Shown here: positions 56,273-64,000 of the stretch, piece by piece
How the letters are laid out: every line of letters begins with the position of its first letter
Position numbering within the stretch: position 1 is the stretch's first letter
From: Eubacteriales bacterium
GTDB taxonomy: Bacteria; Bacillota; Clostridia; Oscillospirales; CAG-272
Assembly (NCBI GenBank): GCA_045655185.1
Contig: JAZOOS010000012.1
Span: forward strand, 17,700-81,699
Reading direction: 5' to 3'
DNA: 64,000 nt
Position numbers and translations under genes: made by a program
Notes under the pieces: generated by a model
What the model was told of the DNA's origin: nothing
What the model saw: only the letters and a program-made list of their open reading frames with translations
Database searches by the model: none

Positions 56273-59158
56273 TTAATCCGAATAATCGCCGTAGCGCTGC
56301 TCGTATTCGGCGCGATCGATCAGGACCTCGCGCGGACGGCTGCCGCCTTGGGCTTCGCCCACGATCCCCATATCGTACATCGCGTCGATATAGCGCGAGG
56401 CGCGGCCGAAGCCGATCCCGATGCGGCGTTGCAGCATCGAGGTGGAAATGGTTCCGCTGGCAAAGGCAACGTCGAGGACCTTGCGGAAGATGGGGTCGCT
56501 CATCATGCCGTCAAAGCCGATGTCACCGCCCTCGCCGTCCTCGTCGTCGTTATGCTGGGCGCACTTGGCGGCCTCTTTTTCGATGCCCGCGAGAATATTG
56601 TCGTCAAAGACCGCGTCTCCGACCTTATCACGCAGGAAGTTCACGACCTCCTTGACCTCGTCGTCGTCAACGAACGCGCCCTGTACGCGGAAGGGGGTAC
56701 CCTGCGGGGCGAAGAGCATATCGCCCTTAGGCAGAAGCTTTTCGGCGCCCGCGATATCGAGAATGGTACGCGAGTCGACCTGCTGGTTTACGCGGAAGGC
56801 GATTCTTGTCGGGATATTGGCCTTGATATCGCCCGTGATGACCTTGACCGAGGGGCGCTGCGTACCGATGATCAGATGGATGCCCGCCGCGCGCGCCTTT
56901 TGCGCGATACGGCAGATCGAATCCTCAACCATCTTACGGGCCGACATCATCAGATCGTTTAATTCGTCGATAACGATAACGATCTTCGGCAGCTTTTGCA
57001 AGCCCTCTTTTTCACAATGGCGGTTGTAGTGCTTGATGTTACGCACGCCCGCCTCTTCAATGAGGTCGTAGCGCCGTTCCATCTCGGCTACCGCCCAGTT
57101 CAAGGCGCCCGCCGCCTTGGTGGGGTCGGTAACGACCGGAACCAAAAGATGCGGGATCTTGGAATAGATGTTAAATTCGACCTTCTTCGGGTCGATAAGG
57201 ATCAAGCGTACGTCCTCGGGCGCGGCCTTATAAAGCAGGCTGACGAGGATCGAGTTGATACAGACCGATTTACCCATACCGGTAGCGCCCGCTATCAGCA
57301 TATGCGGCGCCTCGGCAATGTCGTATAGGATCGGGCTGCCCGTGATATCGCAGCCGATGGCCACGTTGGTCTTGGATTCTGCGTTTTTGAAAGCGTCCGA
57401 ATCAATAAGCGAACGGATACGCACGAGGTTGGGCGTGCGGTTCGGTACCTCTACGCCGATGGTGGATTTATTGGGGATCGGCGCTTCGATACGCACCCCT
57501 TGGGTACTGAGCTTCTGGGTGATGTCATTCGCGTAGGTCGCGACCTTGTCGACGCGGATGCCGTCCTTCTGAATAAATTCGTAGCGCGTGATACGCGGGC
57601 CTCTTGAATAACCCGTGATGCGGATCGGGATCCCAAAGCTTTGTAAAACCTGTACGAGGGTATCCGAATTGCGCTGGATCTCCTCTTGAAGGTTGCCCTC
57701 AGGCTCAAGCGTCGGTACCTGCAAAAGCGAGATCGGGGGGAAGGTGTAAGGATTTGACTGGGCCTTTTGGGAAGGCTTCGGGCTTTCTTGCTCGCGTATC
57801 GGCTCTCGCTCGGGATTTTTCACGAAATCACCGGGGGCGTGAGAGGGTGTTTCGGAAAGAGGAAGGATCCTTTCGGGGATATCCTCGGATACCTTGATCG
57901 GCGGCTCTTCGGGAGGAAGGACCTCCTGCACCGTCTCTCTTTGCAAAAGCTCATCGGCCTCGGCTTGGCGTTGGGCGGCGCTTTTTACGCAGACCGGCTC
58001 GCTGACCGTGATACGCCGAAAATCCTCGACGCCGCGAAAGGGAAGCTCGGCTTCGGGAGGCTTTAGGGTAAAGAGAGGCTCGCTTTCGGTTGGCTCGTGT
58101 TTTGGAGAAGCGGAGACCTCGGGCGAGGCTTTCGTGCCCACGAGATCCGAAACCGGATAGGAAACGATCCGTTCACGGTTGCGAAGCTTTTCGCGAATCC
58201 GTTTTTCTTTATATTCGCGAAGCTCTTCCTCGCTGGGAAGGGGCGTAACCGTTTCGAAGCTGCGGGATTCGGAGGTGCCTCCCGCTTCCTTAAATATGTC
58301 TGCAAAGCGGCGGTGGCGGCTTTCTTGTACTCTGTTCGTCGGTGTCTCCTCTTTCACCGTCTCAAAGAGGGCGGTGTTCTTTTCGGCCTTTTCCTCAATC
58401 GGCTTCAGTGGCTCAAGGGCGGGGATCGGTTCGGCTTGCGCTGCCGTCGGCGTTTGCAAGGGCGCGACAGCGGCAGTCTCCTTGCGGCTTTGACGCTTAT
58501 CGGCTGCGCGGACGATACCGCGGCGGATAGTGCGAATCCCCTCACGGAAGATCTCGTCGGGGCTGAAGCCAAAGCCGAAGATGCCGTAAAGCAGAACGGC
58601 AAGCGCGGTTAAAAGAATGGTGCCGACGGGTCCGACAAGGCGGAAAAGAACCCAGCCGATCAAAGCGCCAAGCAGACCGCCACCGCGGCATACCGGGCTT
58701 TCAAAATACTGTCCCGCATTCAGCGAGACCTCTTCCCGTGCAATTTCTCCAAACAAAATTTCCCTCGGCAGGGTCAACACGTAAAGAAGCGATAAAAGCA
58801 TAAGGATCGCCGCACTGAGGAGCCACAGATGCGTGGTAATATTCCCCTTTTCGACCGAGCGGCGCCAGAAGATGCCGAGAAGGATCATCACAAAGGGAAG
58901 GCCATAAGAAATGTAAGAAAAAAGCCCGAAGAAAAGATAGCGGATCGCATCGCCGAAAAGACCGCCCTCTGCCGAATAAAGGCAGAAGCCGGTAAAAATA
59001 GCAAGACATATGAAAATGTAGGGCATAGCGACGTTAAGGCGGCTGTCAGGGTCACGTCTTGCCGCCCGACGAGCTTCGCGGCGGGCGGCGATCGCTTCGC
59101 GCTCCTTTTGCGTTTTTGGGATGATGCTTCTTTTCTTACGGGAAAATTTGAATGCCAT
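56273..59158 (-). CDS. ftsK: DNA translocase FtsK/SpoIIIE
   Basis: 961 aa; N-terminal TM helices, low-complexity linker, motor domain with GATGMGKS, C-terminal gamma winged helix. Confidence 0.95.
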   Translation of the reverse strand: MAFKFSRKKRSIIPKTQKEREAIAARREARRAARRDPDSRLNVAMPYIFICLAIFTGFCLYSAEGGLFGDAIRYLFFGLFSYISYGLPFVMILLGIFWRRSVEKGNITTHLWLLSAAILMLLSLLYVLTLPREILFGEIAREEVSLNAGQYFESPVCRGGGLLGALIGWVLFRLVGPVGTILLTALAVLLYGIFGFGFSPDEIFREGIRTIRRGIVRAADKRQSRKETAAVAPLQTPTAAQAEPIPALEPLKPIEEKAEKNTALFETVKEETPTNRVQESRHRRFADIFKEAGGTSESRSFETVTPLPSEEELREYKEKRIREKLRNRERIVSYPVSDLVGTKASPEVSASPKHEPTESEPLFTLKPPEAELPFRGVEDFRRITVSEPVCVKSAAQRQAEADELLQRETVQEVLPPEEPPIKVSEDIPERILPLSETPSHAPGDFVKNPEREPIREQESPKPSQKAQSNPYTFPPISLLQVPTLEPEGNLQEEIQRNSDTLVQVLQSFGIPIRITGYSRGPRITRYEFIQKDGIRVDKVATYANDITQKLSTQGVRIEAPIPNKSTIGVEVPNRTPNLVRIRSLIDSDAFKNAESKTNVAIGCDITGSPILYDIAEAPHMLIAGATGMGKSVCINSILVSLLYKAAPEDVRLILIDPKKVEFNIYSKIPHLLVPVVTDPTKAAGALNWAVAEMERRYDLIEEAGVRNIKHYNRHCEKEGLQKLPKIVIVIDELNDLMMSARKMVEDSICRIAQKARAAGIHLIIGTQRPSVKVITGDIKANIPTRIAFRVNQQVDSRTILDIAGAEKLLPKGDMLFAPQGTPFRVQGAFVDDDEVKEVVNFLRDKVGDAVFDDNILAGIEKEAAKCAQHNDDEDGEGGDIGFDGMMSDPIFRKVLDVAFASGTISTSMLQRRIGIGFGRASRYIDAMYDMGIVGEAQGGSRPREVLIDRAEYEQRYGDYSD

Positions 59159-59364
59159 GTTTAACCTTCCGCTTTCTTTTTCGGGAAGCCTGCCGTCCTT
59201 TTCCTTTTTTTCTTAAAAAAGGATATGAAAAAGGAGGTATGAAAGGGCTTTCCAATGTTACACTTTTTATGATATCAAAAAACAACTCGAAAAACAAGCC
59301 CTTTACTTATATTTTACCATATTTTTAAATTTATATTATAGAAATGAAAATCAAGGATATTTAA

Positions 59365-59748
59365 ATGGAAACAACGAGCAAAAAAGGGATAGAGGGTCGT
59401 GCTCTCTCCTTGTATCTTCTGTGCCTTGTGGCCGGGGCGGTAAACGGATTTTTTGGTATGGGGGCGGGGATGATCCTTGTGCTTGGACTCTCGCGTTTTT
59501 ATCGGGGAAGTCGAGGCGAAATAATGGCTATTTCGACATTGTGCGTCTTATCATTCTCTCTATTGACAACGATACTTTACTTTGCGGCAGGGCATGTAAA
59601 GCCTGAAGCAGCGCTGCCGATTCTCCTTCCTTCGCTGCTTGGCGGGGCGCTTGGTGCCACGCTTCTCGGGCGTGTCAGCCACGCTCTTTTGCAGACGGTC
59701 TTCGCGCTTCTTTTACTCATATCCGGGGCGAGGCTTTTGTTTTTATGA
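59365..59748 (+). CDS. Half-size TauE/SafE (TSUP) family membrane protein
   Basis: 127 aa, about 4 TM helices; motif GAVNGFFGMGAGMILV. Confidence 0.68.
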   Translation: METTSKKGIEGRALSLYLLCLVAGAVNGFFGMGAGMILVLGLSRFYRGSRGEIMAISTLCVLSFSLLTTILYFAAGHVKPEAALPILLPSLLGGALGATLLGRVSHALLQTVFALLLLISGARLLFL

Positions 59749-60137
59749 GCGGATTTTTTCTTTTGCTGTTCCTGTCGGTTCTTACCGGTATGGGAGTCGG
59801 CAACGGCGGCTTTTATCTTTTGTATCTGACCGATACGTTGGGGGTTTCTCAATATGAAGCTCAAGGTACAAATCTTTTGTTTTTCCTTCTTGCTTCGTTT
59901 GCCTCCACCCTCGTCAGCCTTCGCGCGGGGCGCCTTCGCAGCCATCGCCTTTTTCCGATGCTGCTTTGGGGCTTTTTGGGGGTTGGTCTTGGTGCGCTTC
60001 TTACCCTTTTCGTCGCGCCTGCTTACGCTCGACGTGCCTTTGGCGTCTTGCTTCTTTTTGGCGGGGTGCGCGCACTTTTGGATAAAGGTCGGCGAAAAGC
60101 TGAAAATTACGGTAATTCGCTTGACAAAAAAGAATAA
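59745..60137 (+). CDS. Half-size TauE/SafE (TSUP) family membrane protein
   Basis: 130 aa, about 4 TM helices; motif TGMGVGNGGFYLLYL; ATGA overlap with the preceding half. Confidence 0.68.
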   Translation: MSGFFLLLFLSVLTGMGVGNGGFYLLYLTDTLGVSQYEAQGTNLLFFLLASFASTLVSLRAGRLRSHRLFPMLLWGFLGVGLGALLTLFVAPAYARRAFGVLLLFGGVRALLDKGRRKAENYGNSLDKKE

Positions 60138-60149
60138 TTTATATATAAT
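60121..60149 (+). promoter_or_regulatory. cysS promoter
   Basis: TTGACA, 17-nt spacer, TATAAT; short leader. Confidence 0.65.
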
Positions 60150-60187
60150 TGTCAGTAAGATAAAGTAAAAAATCGAGGTGTCGGTCT

Positions 60188-61600
60188 ATGATTCAACTGT
60201 ATAACACGCTTACCGCCAAAAAAGAGCCGTTCGTGCCGCTTACCGAGGGGGAAGTAAAAATGTACGCCTGCGGGCCTACGGTCTATAATTTCTTCCATGT
60301 CGGCAACGCGCGCTGCTTCGTGGTCTTCGATATGCTTCGCCGCTATTTCGAATACCGCGGCTTTCGTGTTTCCTTCGTGCAGAATTTCACCGATATCGAC
60401 GATAAGGTGATCCGCCGCGCGAACGAAGAAGGGGTGGGGTACAGCGATATCGCCGCCCGCTACATAAAGGAATATTTTACCGATGCCGAGGGGCTTGGCG
60501 TACGTCCGGCCACCGTGCATCCGCTCGCTACCGATAACATCGATACCATTCTTTCGATCGTTTCGGGTCTTGTCGAGAAGGGCTACGCCTATCCGATGAA
60601 CGGAGACGTGTATTTCCGTACCCGTCGCTTCAAGGATTACGGCAAGCTTTCGGGGCAAGCGATCGAGGATCTGGATTCGGGCGCGCGCATCGACGTAAAC
60701 GACCAAAAGGAAGATCCCTTGGATTTTGCCCTCTGGAAGGCCGCCAAGCCCGGCGAGCCGTCCTGGGAATCACCGTGGGGGCAGGGACGCCCCGGCTGGC
60801 ATATCGAATGCTCGGCCATGGTCAAAAAGTACCTCGGTGAGACGATTGATATCCATTGCGGCGGGCAGGATCTTATCTTCCCCCACCACGAAAACGAGAT
60901 CGCGCAATCCGAGTGCTGCAACGGCTCTCCCTTTGCCCGCTATTGGCTGCATAACGGCTATATCAACATCGATAACCGCAAAATGTCCAAATCACTCGGC
61001 AACTTTTTCACAGTGCGTGAGATCGCCGAGCAGTACGGATATCTGCCGATCCGCTATTTCATTCTTTCCTCGCATTATCGCAGCCCCATCAACTTCTCCA
61101 AGGATATCATCGAGCAAGCCAAGGCCGCGCTTGAGCGCATCTTCAACTGCGCCGATTCGCTTGATTTCTACGTTGGGAAGGCTACGGGCGATGTGCTTCT
61201 TGAAAGTGAAAAAGAAACGGTCGCCGCTTTTGTTGCTTGCCGCGACGCGATGATCGAGGCAATGGACGACGATTTCAATACGGGTGCGGGGATCGCTTCG
61301 ATCTTCGATCTCGTCAGTCTTCTCAATAAGGCGATCGGAAGCGGTACGCTGACTCAGGCCGCCGCCAAAGAGGGACGCGCGATCCTTCGTGAGATGACCG
61401 GGCTTTTCGGGTTCGTAAAGGAAGAATGTGAGGATAGCGAGCTGATCGCGTATATCGAAGAGCAGATCGCCGCCCGCGCCGCCGCCAAGAAGAGCAAAAA
61501 TTACGCGGAAGCGGACCGTATCCGCGCTGAGCTTGCTTCGCGCGGGGTCGTTTTGCAGGATACCGCGCAGGGCACGAAATATACCATCGAAAACGCATAA
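60188..61600 (+). CDS. cysS: Cysteinyl-tRNA synthetase
   Basis: 470 aa; HVGNAR (HIGH) and KMSKS motifs. Confidence 0.95.
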   Translation: MIQLYNTLTAKKEPFVPLTEGEVKMYACGPTVYNFFHVGNARCFVVFDMLRRYFEYRGFRVSFVQNFTDIDDKVIRRANEEGVGYSDIAARYIKEYFTDAEGLGVRPATVHPLATDNIDTILSIVSGLVEKGYAYPMNGDVYFRTRRFKDYGKLSGQAIEDLDSGARIDVNDQKEDPLDFALWKAAKPGEPSWESPWGQGRPGWHIECSAMVKKYLGETIDIHCGGQDLIFPHHENEIAQSECCNGSPFARYWLHNGYINIDNRKMSKSLGNFFTVREIAEQYGYLPIRYFILSSHYRSPINFSKDIIEQAKAALERIFNCADSLDFYVGKATGDVLLESEKETVAAFVACRDAMIEAMDDDFNTGAGIASIFDLVSLLNKAIGSGTLTQAAAKEGRAILREMTGLFGFVKEECEDSELIAYIEEQIAARAAAKKSKNYAEADRIRAELASRGVVLQDTAQGTKYTIENA

Positions 61601-61616
61601 AGCAAAAGAAAATACG

Positions 61617-61657
61617 ACCACCCTTGGCGAAAGATGGCGCCAAGGGTGGTTTTTTTG
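61617..61657 (+). terminator. Rho-independent terminator
   Basis: 13-bp stem accacccttggcg / cgccaagggtggt followed by a 7-T run. Confidence 0.85.
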
Positions 61658-61748
61658 CTTTTTTTACCGAAGCGGGTAGGATTTGCAGGTTTCTTTTTCT
61701 TCCCCTTGCGCGTATAATGGATAAAGACGAAACGAAGGGAGAAACCGT

Positions 61749-62333
61749 ATGGAATTGCTACGCATAAACGAAAGCAAGCTTAAAATCATGCTTTCGCTCG
61801 CGGATATGGAGAAATACCGCCTTGACAGTGAGAGCATGGATTACGATAATACCGAAACGAGAAGCGCTCTTTGGCAGATCTTAGACCTTGCCAAGCAAAA
61901 AACCGGCTTTGACGGCTGCGGTGATAAGCTCTTTATTCAGGTATACCCCTCACGGGGAGGGGGGTGCGAGATGTACGTCACAAAGGTCGGAGAGGGGGGA
62001 GGTAAGCCCTGCCTTGCGCCGATCTCCTTGGTGCGGGGGACTCAAAGCATTTACCGTTTTGAAGCACTCGAAACCCTTCTTGATGTTTGCAAAAAACTGA
62101 AGGCGTGCGGCTACGCAGATGAGAGCGCAGTCTACGTAAAAGAGGGAGCCTATTATCTTGTGATCCGCGAAAAGCTGCAAAGCAGCATTATGAGCGTCAA
62201 TGCTATCAGCGAATACAGCTTTATTGAGGAATACGGTACGCGAAAAAGCGGTGGGATACAGTTGGCGATGCTGAAGGAGCATGGCATCTGCCTTGACGAG
62301 ACAAGTGCCGTCGAACGCTTCGCGGTGCTTTAA
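61749..62333 (+). CDS. mecA: Adaptor protein MecA
   Basis: 194 aa; N-terminus MELLRINESKLKIMLSLADMEKY is typical of MecA. Confidence 0.8.
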   Translation: MELLRINESKLKIMLSLADMEKYRLDSESMDYDNTETRSALWQILDLAKQKTGFDGCGDKLFIQVYPSRGGGCEMYVTKVGEGGGKPCLAPISLVRGTQSIYRFEALETLLDVCKKLKACGYADESAVYVKEGAYYLVIREKLQSSIMSVNAISEYSFIEEYGTRKSGGIQLAMLKEHGICLDETSAVERFAVL

Positions 62334-62356
62334 AAACAAAAGGCAATCAACTACAT

Positions 62357-62397
62357 AAAAAGAAGAGCCGTTCGTGTTTTTATGAACGGCTCTTGTT
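62357..62397. terminator. Hairpin terminator between mecA and birA
   Basis: aagagccgttc / gaacggctctt stem. Confidence 0.6.
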
Positions 62398-62423
62398 GAT
62401 TCTATTTAAATAAAAATAAACCT

Positions 62424-63182
62424 TTACAATTTAACGCTGGCTTCACCCGTCTGTAAACGAAGAATGCCTTGCGTACTTTCAAGCAAAAGGGCACCATCCT
62501 TGTCAATGTCGCGAGCGATCCCCTCCACCGTTTCCCCACGGTAGATGGCGCCTACCTTCTTCCCCAAAAGGAAGGAGCGGCGGCGGTATTCGGGCAAAAA
62601 GGAAGCGTCAAAAAGGCGGGGAAGATCGCTATAAAAGTGATTGATGATCCGGGCAAGCAGAGGGGCTTCCTCGGGCGGTACCGTGAAGTTTCCGAGCGAA
62701 GAAGCGATTGCGGCAACCTCTTTTGGCAGGGAAGCGGGGGTACGGTTAAGGCCGATGCCGATCACCGCGAAGGAAAGAGCGCCGTCCTCACAAAATTCCC
62801 CCTCGGTCAGAATGCCCGCGACCTTCTTTCCTTTTACGAAGAGATCGTTCACCCATTTGATTTCGATCGTAAGATTGCATAGTGCTTCGATCGCCTCGGC
62901 AACGATCACGGCGGTATAAGGGGTAAGTAACGAAACAGAGCTTTGGGGAATCGGTCCGCGCAATAGCATACTGAAATAAAGCCCTGCATCCTTTGGGCAT
63001 ACGAAGCTATGTCCGCGTCGCCCACGTCCGGCGCTTTGCGTCGCGGAGATATAAACGCTTTTATCGGGCGCCCCTGCCTTGGCGGCCTCCATAAGGCTCG
63101 TGTTGGTGGAGGGAAGCGTATCAAAGAAAGAAAGAGAAGCGTCTACGGTAAGGAGCGGGCGAAGCAGGGTTTCGTTTGGCAT
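62424..63182 (-). CDS. birA: Biotin-[acetyl-CoA-carboxylase] ligase (class I, no HTH)
   Basis: Start MPNETLL after AAGGAGGAAAG; canonical GRGRRGHSF motif and KWVNDL lysine motif. Confidence 0.85.
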   Translation of the reverse strand: MPNETLLRPLLTVDASLSFFDTLPSTNTSLMEAAKAGAPDKSVYISATQSAGRGRRGHSFVCPKDAGLYFSMLLRGPIPQSSVSLLTPYTAVIVAEAIEALCNLTIEIKWVNDLFVKGKKVAGILTEGEFCEDGALSFAVIGIGLNRTPASLPKEVAAIASSLGNFTVPPEEAPLLARIINHFYSDLPRLFDASFLPEYRRRSFLLGKKVGAIYRGETVEGIARDIDKDGALLLESTQGILRLQTGEASVKL

Positions 63183-63442
63183 GGTCTTTCCTCCTTGTTC
63201 TTTTTTCTCTATTGTAACAGTTGGCCAAAAAAAAGTCAAGAAAATCGGCATAATGAAGCAAAGAAAAAAGAGTGTGGGGTAAAATTCAAAACTTCTTTCG
63301 CGTGCGTGCGTATAAATACTTATGGAAGAAAAAAACGGGAAACGTCAAAACGAAAATTGAAAATAGCACAATTTACAGAAAATTTACAATTATTGCATCG
63401 AAATTTTACAAAAAATATTTTTCTTTTTTTGAAAAAAATCCC

Positions 63443-63471
63443 TTGACATAAGGAATATTGGGTGATATAAT
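63443..63471 (+). promoter_or_regulatory. rpoB promoter
   Basis: TTGACA, 17-nt spacer, TGaTATAAT. Confidence 0.65.
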
Positions 63472-63611
63472 TATAAACTGCCTACTGTTGGCTTGTCCTA
63501 TATTATAATTATAGTATAATTTAGCTCGGCCGACCCAAAAAAACGCATTTTTCGCACAGAAAAAGGGCCTTTCTGAACAAGCGGGAAATGATGAAAGTGA
63601 GTGATTCTACG

Positions 63612-64000
63612 ATGCTAAAACCAGCAAAGCTCGGTAAAACCACAAGACTCAGCTTCTCCAAGATCAACGAAGCCTTGGAGATGCCGAACCTCATTGAGGT
63701 GCAGAAGAAGTCTTTCGAGTGGTTCTGCAACGAAGGGATGAGAGAGGTCTTGCGCGATGTGTCGCCGATCAACGACTACACCGGCAACCTTTCGATCGAT
63801 TTCGTTGACTTCACTATTGACTCCACCCCGAAATATTCGGTCGAGGAGTGTAAAGAGCGTGACGCGACCTACGAAGCGCCGCTTAAAATGCTCGTTCGCC
63901 TGGCGAATAAGGAAACGGGTGAGGTGAAGCAGGATCAGATTTACATGGGGAATTTCCCTCTGATGACCGAAAGCGGTACCTTTGTTATCAACGGTGCCGA
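63612..64000 (+). CDS. rpoB: DNA-directed RNA polymerase beta subunit (5' partial, runs off the window)
   Basis: My translation [38 protein letters not shown]...[17 protein letters not shown] parallels the B. subtilis RpoB N-terminus. In-frame ATGs at 63588 and 63591 are alternative starts. Confidence 0.9.
   Translation, partial: MLKPAKLGKTTRLSFSKINEALEMPNLIEVQKKSFEWFCNEGMREVLRDVSPINDYTGNLSIDFVDFTIDSTPKYSVEECKERDATYEAPLKMLVRLANKETGEVKQDQIYMGNFPLMTESGTFVINGA

Overview
This looks like a high-GC, spore-forming Firmicutes/Clostridia chromosome segment (spoIVA, gpr, ricT/yaaT, a SigH-like sigma factor; tightly packed, often overlapping genes). Most of the 64 kb is core housekeeping. It holds gpsA, rplM-rpsI, the conserved holB-ricT-trmN6-rsmI / metG-tatD block, eno, three tRNAs, an ACP/acyl-ligase pair, rlmB and a radical-SAM pair. 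It also holds the rpmH-rnpA-yidD-yidC-jag-mnmE cluster, potABCD, proS, ligA, ftsK, cysS, mecA, birA and the 5' end of rpoB.

The only clearly accessory piece is a roughly 3.8 kb AT-rich insertion at the 3' end of rpsI (about 2041-6051). It is bracketed by ~111-bp direct repeats and carries a second copy of the rpsI tail with only synonymous differences. Its cargo is one large Cys-repeat/LRR lipoprotein gene, flanked by two promoter-to-terminator units with no convincing ORF. I saw no recombinase in it.

I found no CRISPR array, transposase, integrase, toxin-antitoxin pair or recognisable defence system. The best candidates for something undescribed are:
- the rpsI island and its candidate structured RNAs;
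- a 909-aa protein that looks like a catalytically dead P-type ATPase with a long acidic N-terminus, translationally coupled to a radical-SAM/DUF2344 pair;
- a biotin-protein-ligase paralogue that lacks the catalytic motifs, with a canonical birA 15 kb away.

All functional calls rest on motif recognition and remembered synteny. No homology search, covariance-model scan or numeric GC calculation was run. Start codons were chosen by SD spacing and are less certain than reading frames. The many long antisense ORFs in the track are treated as high-GC artefacts.
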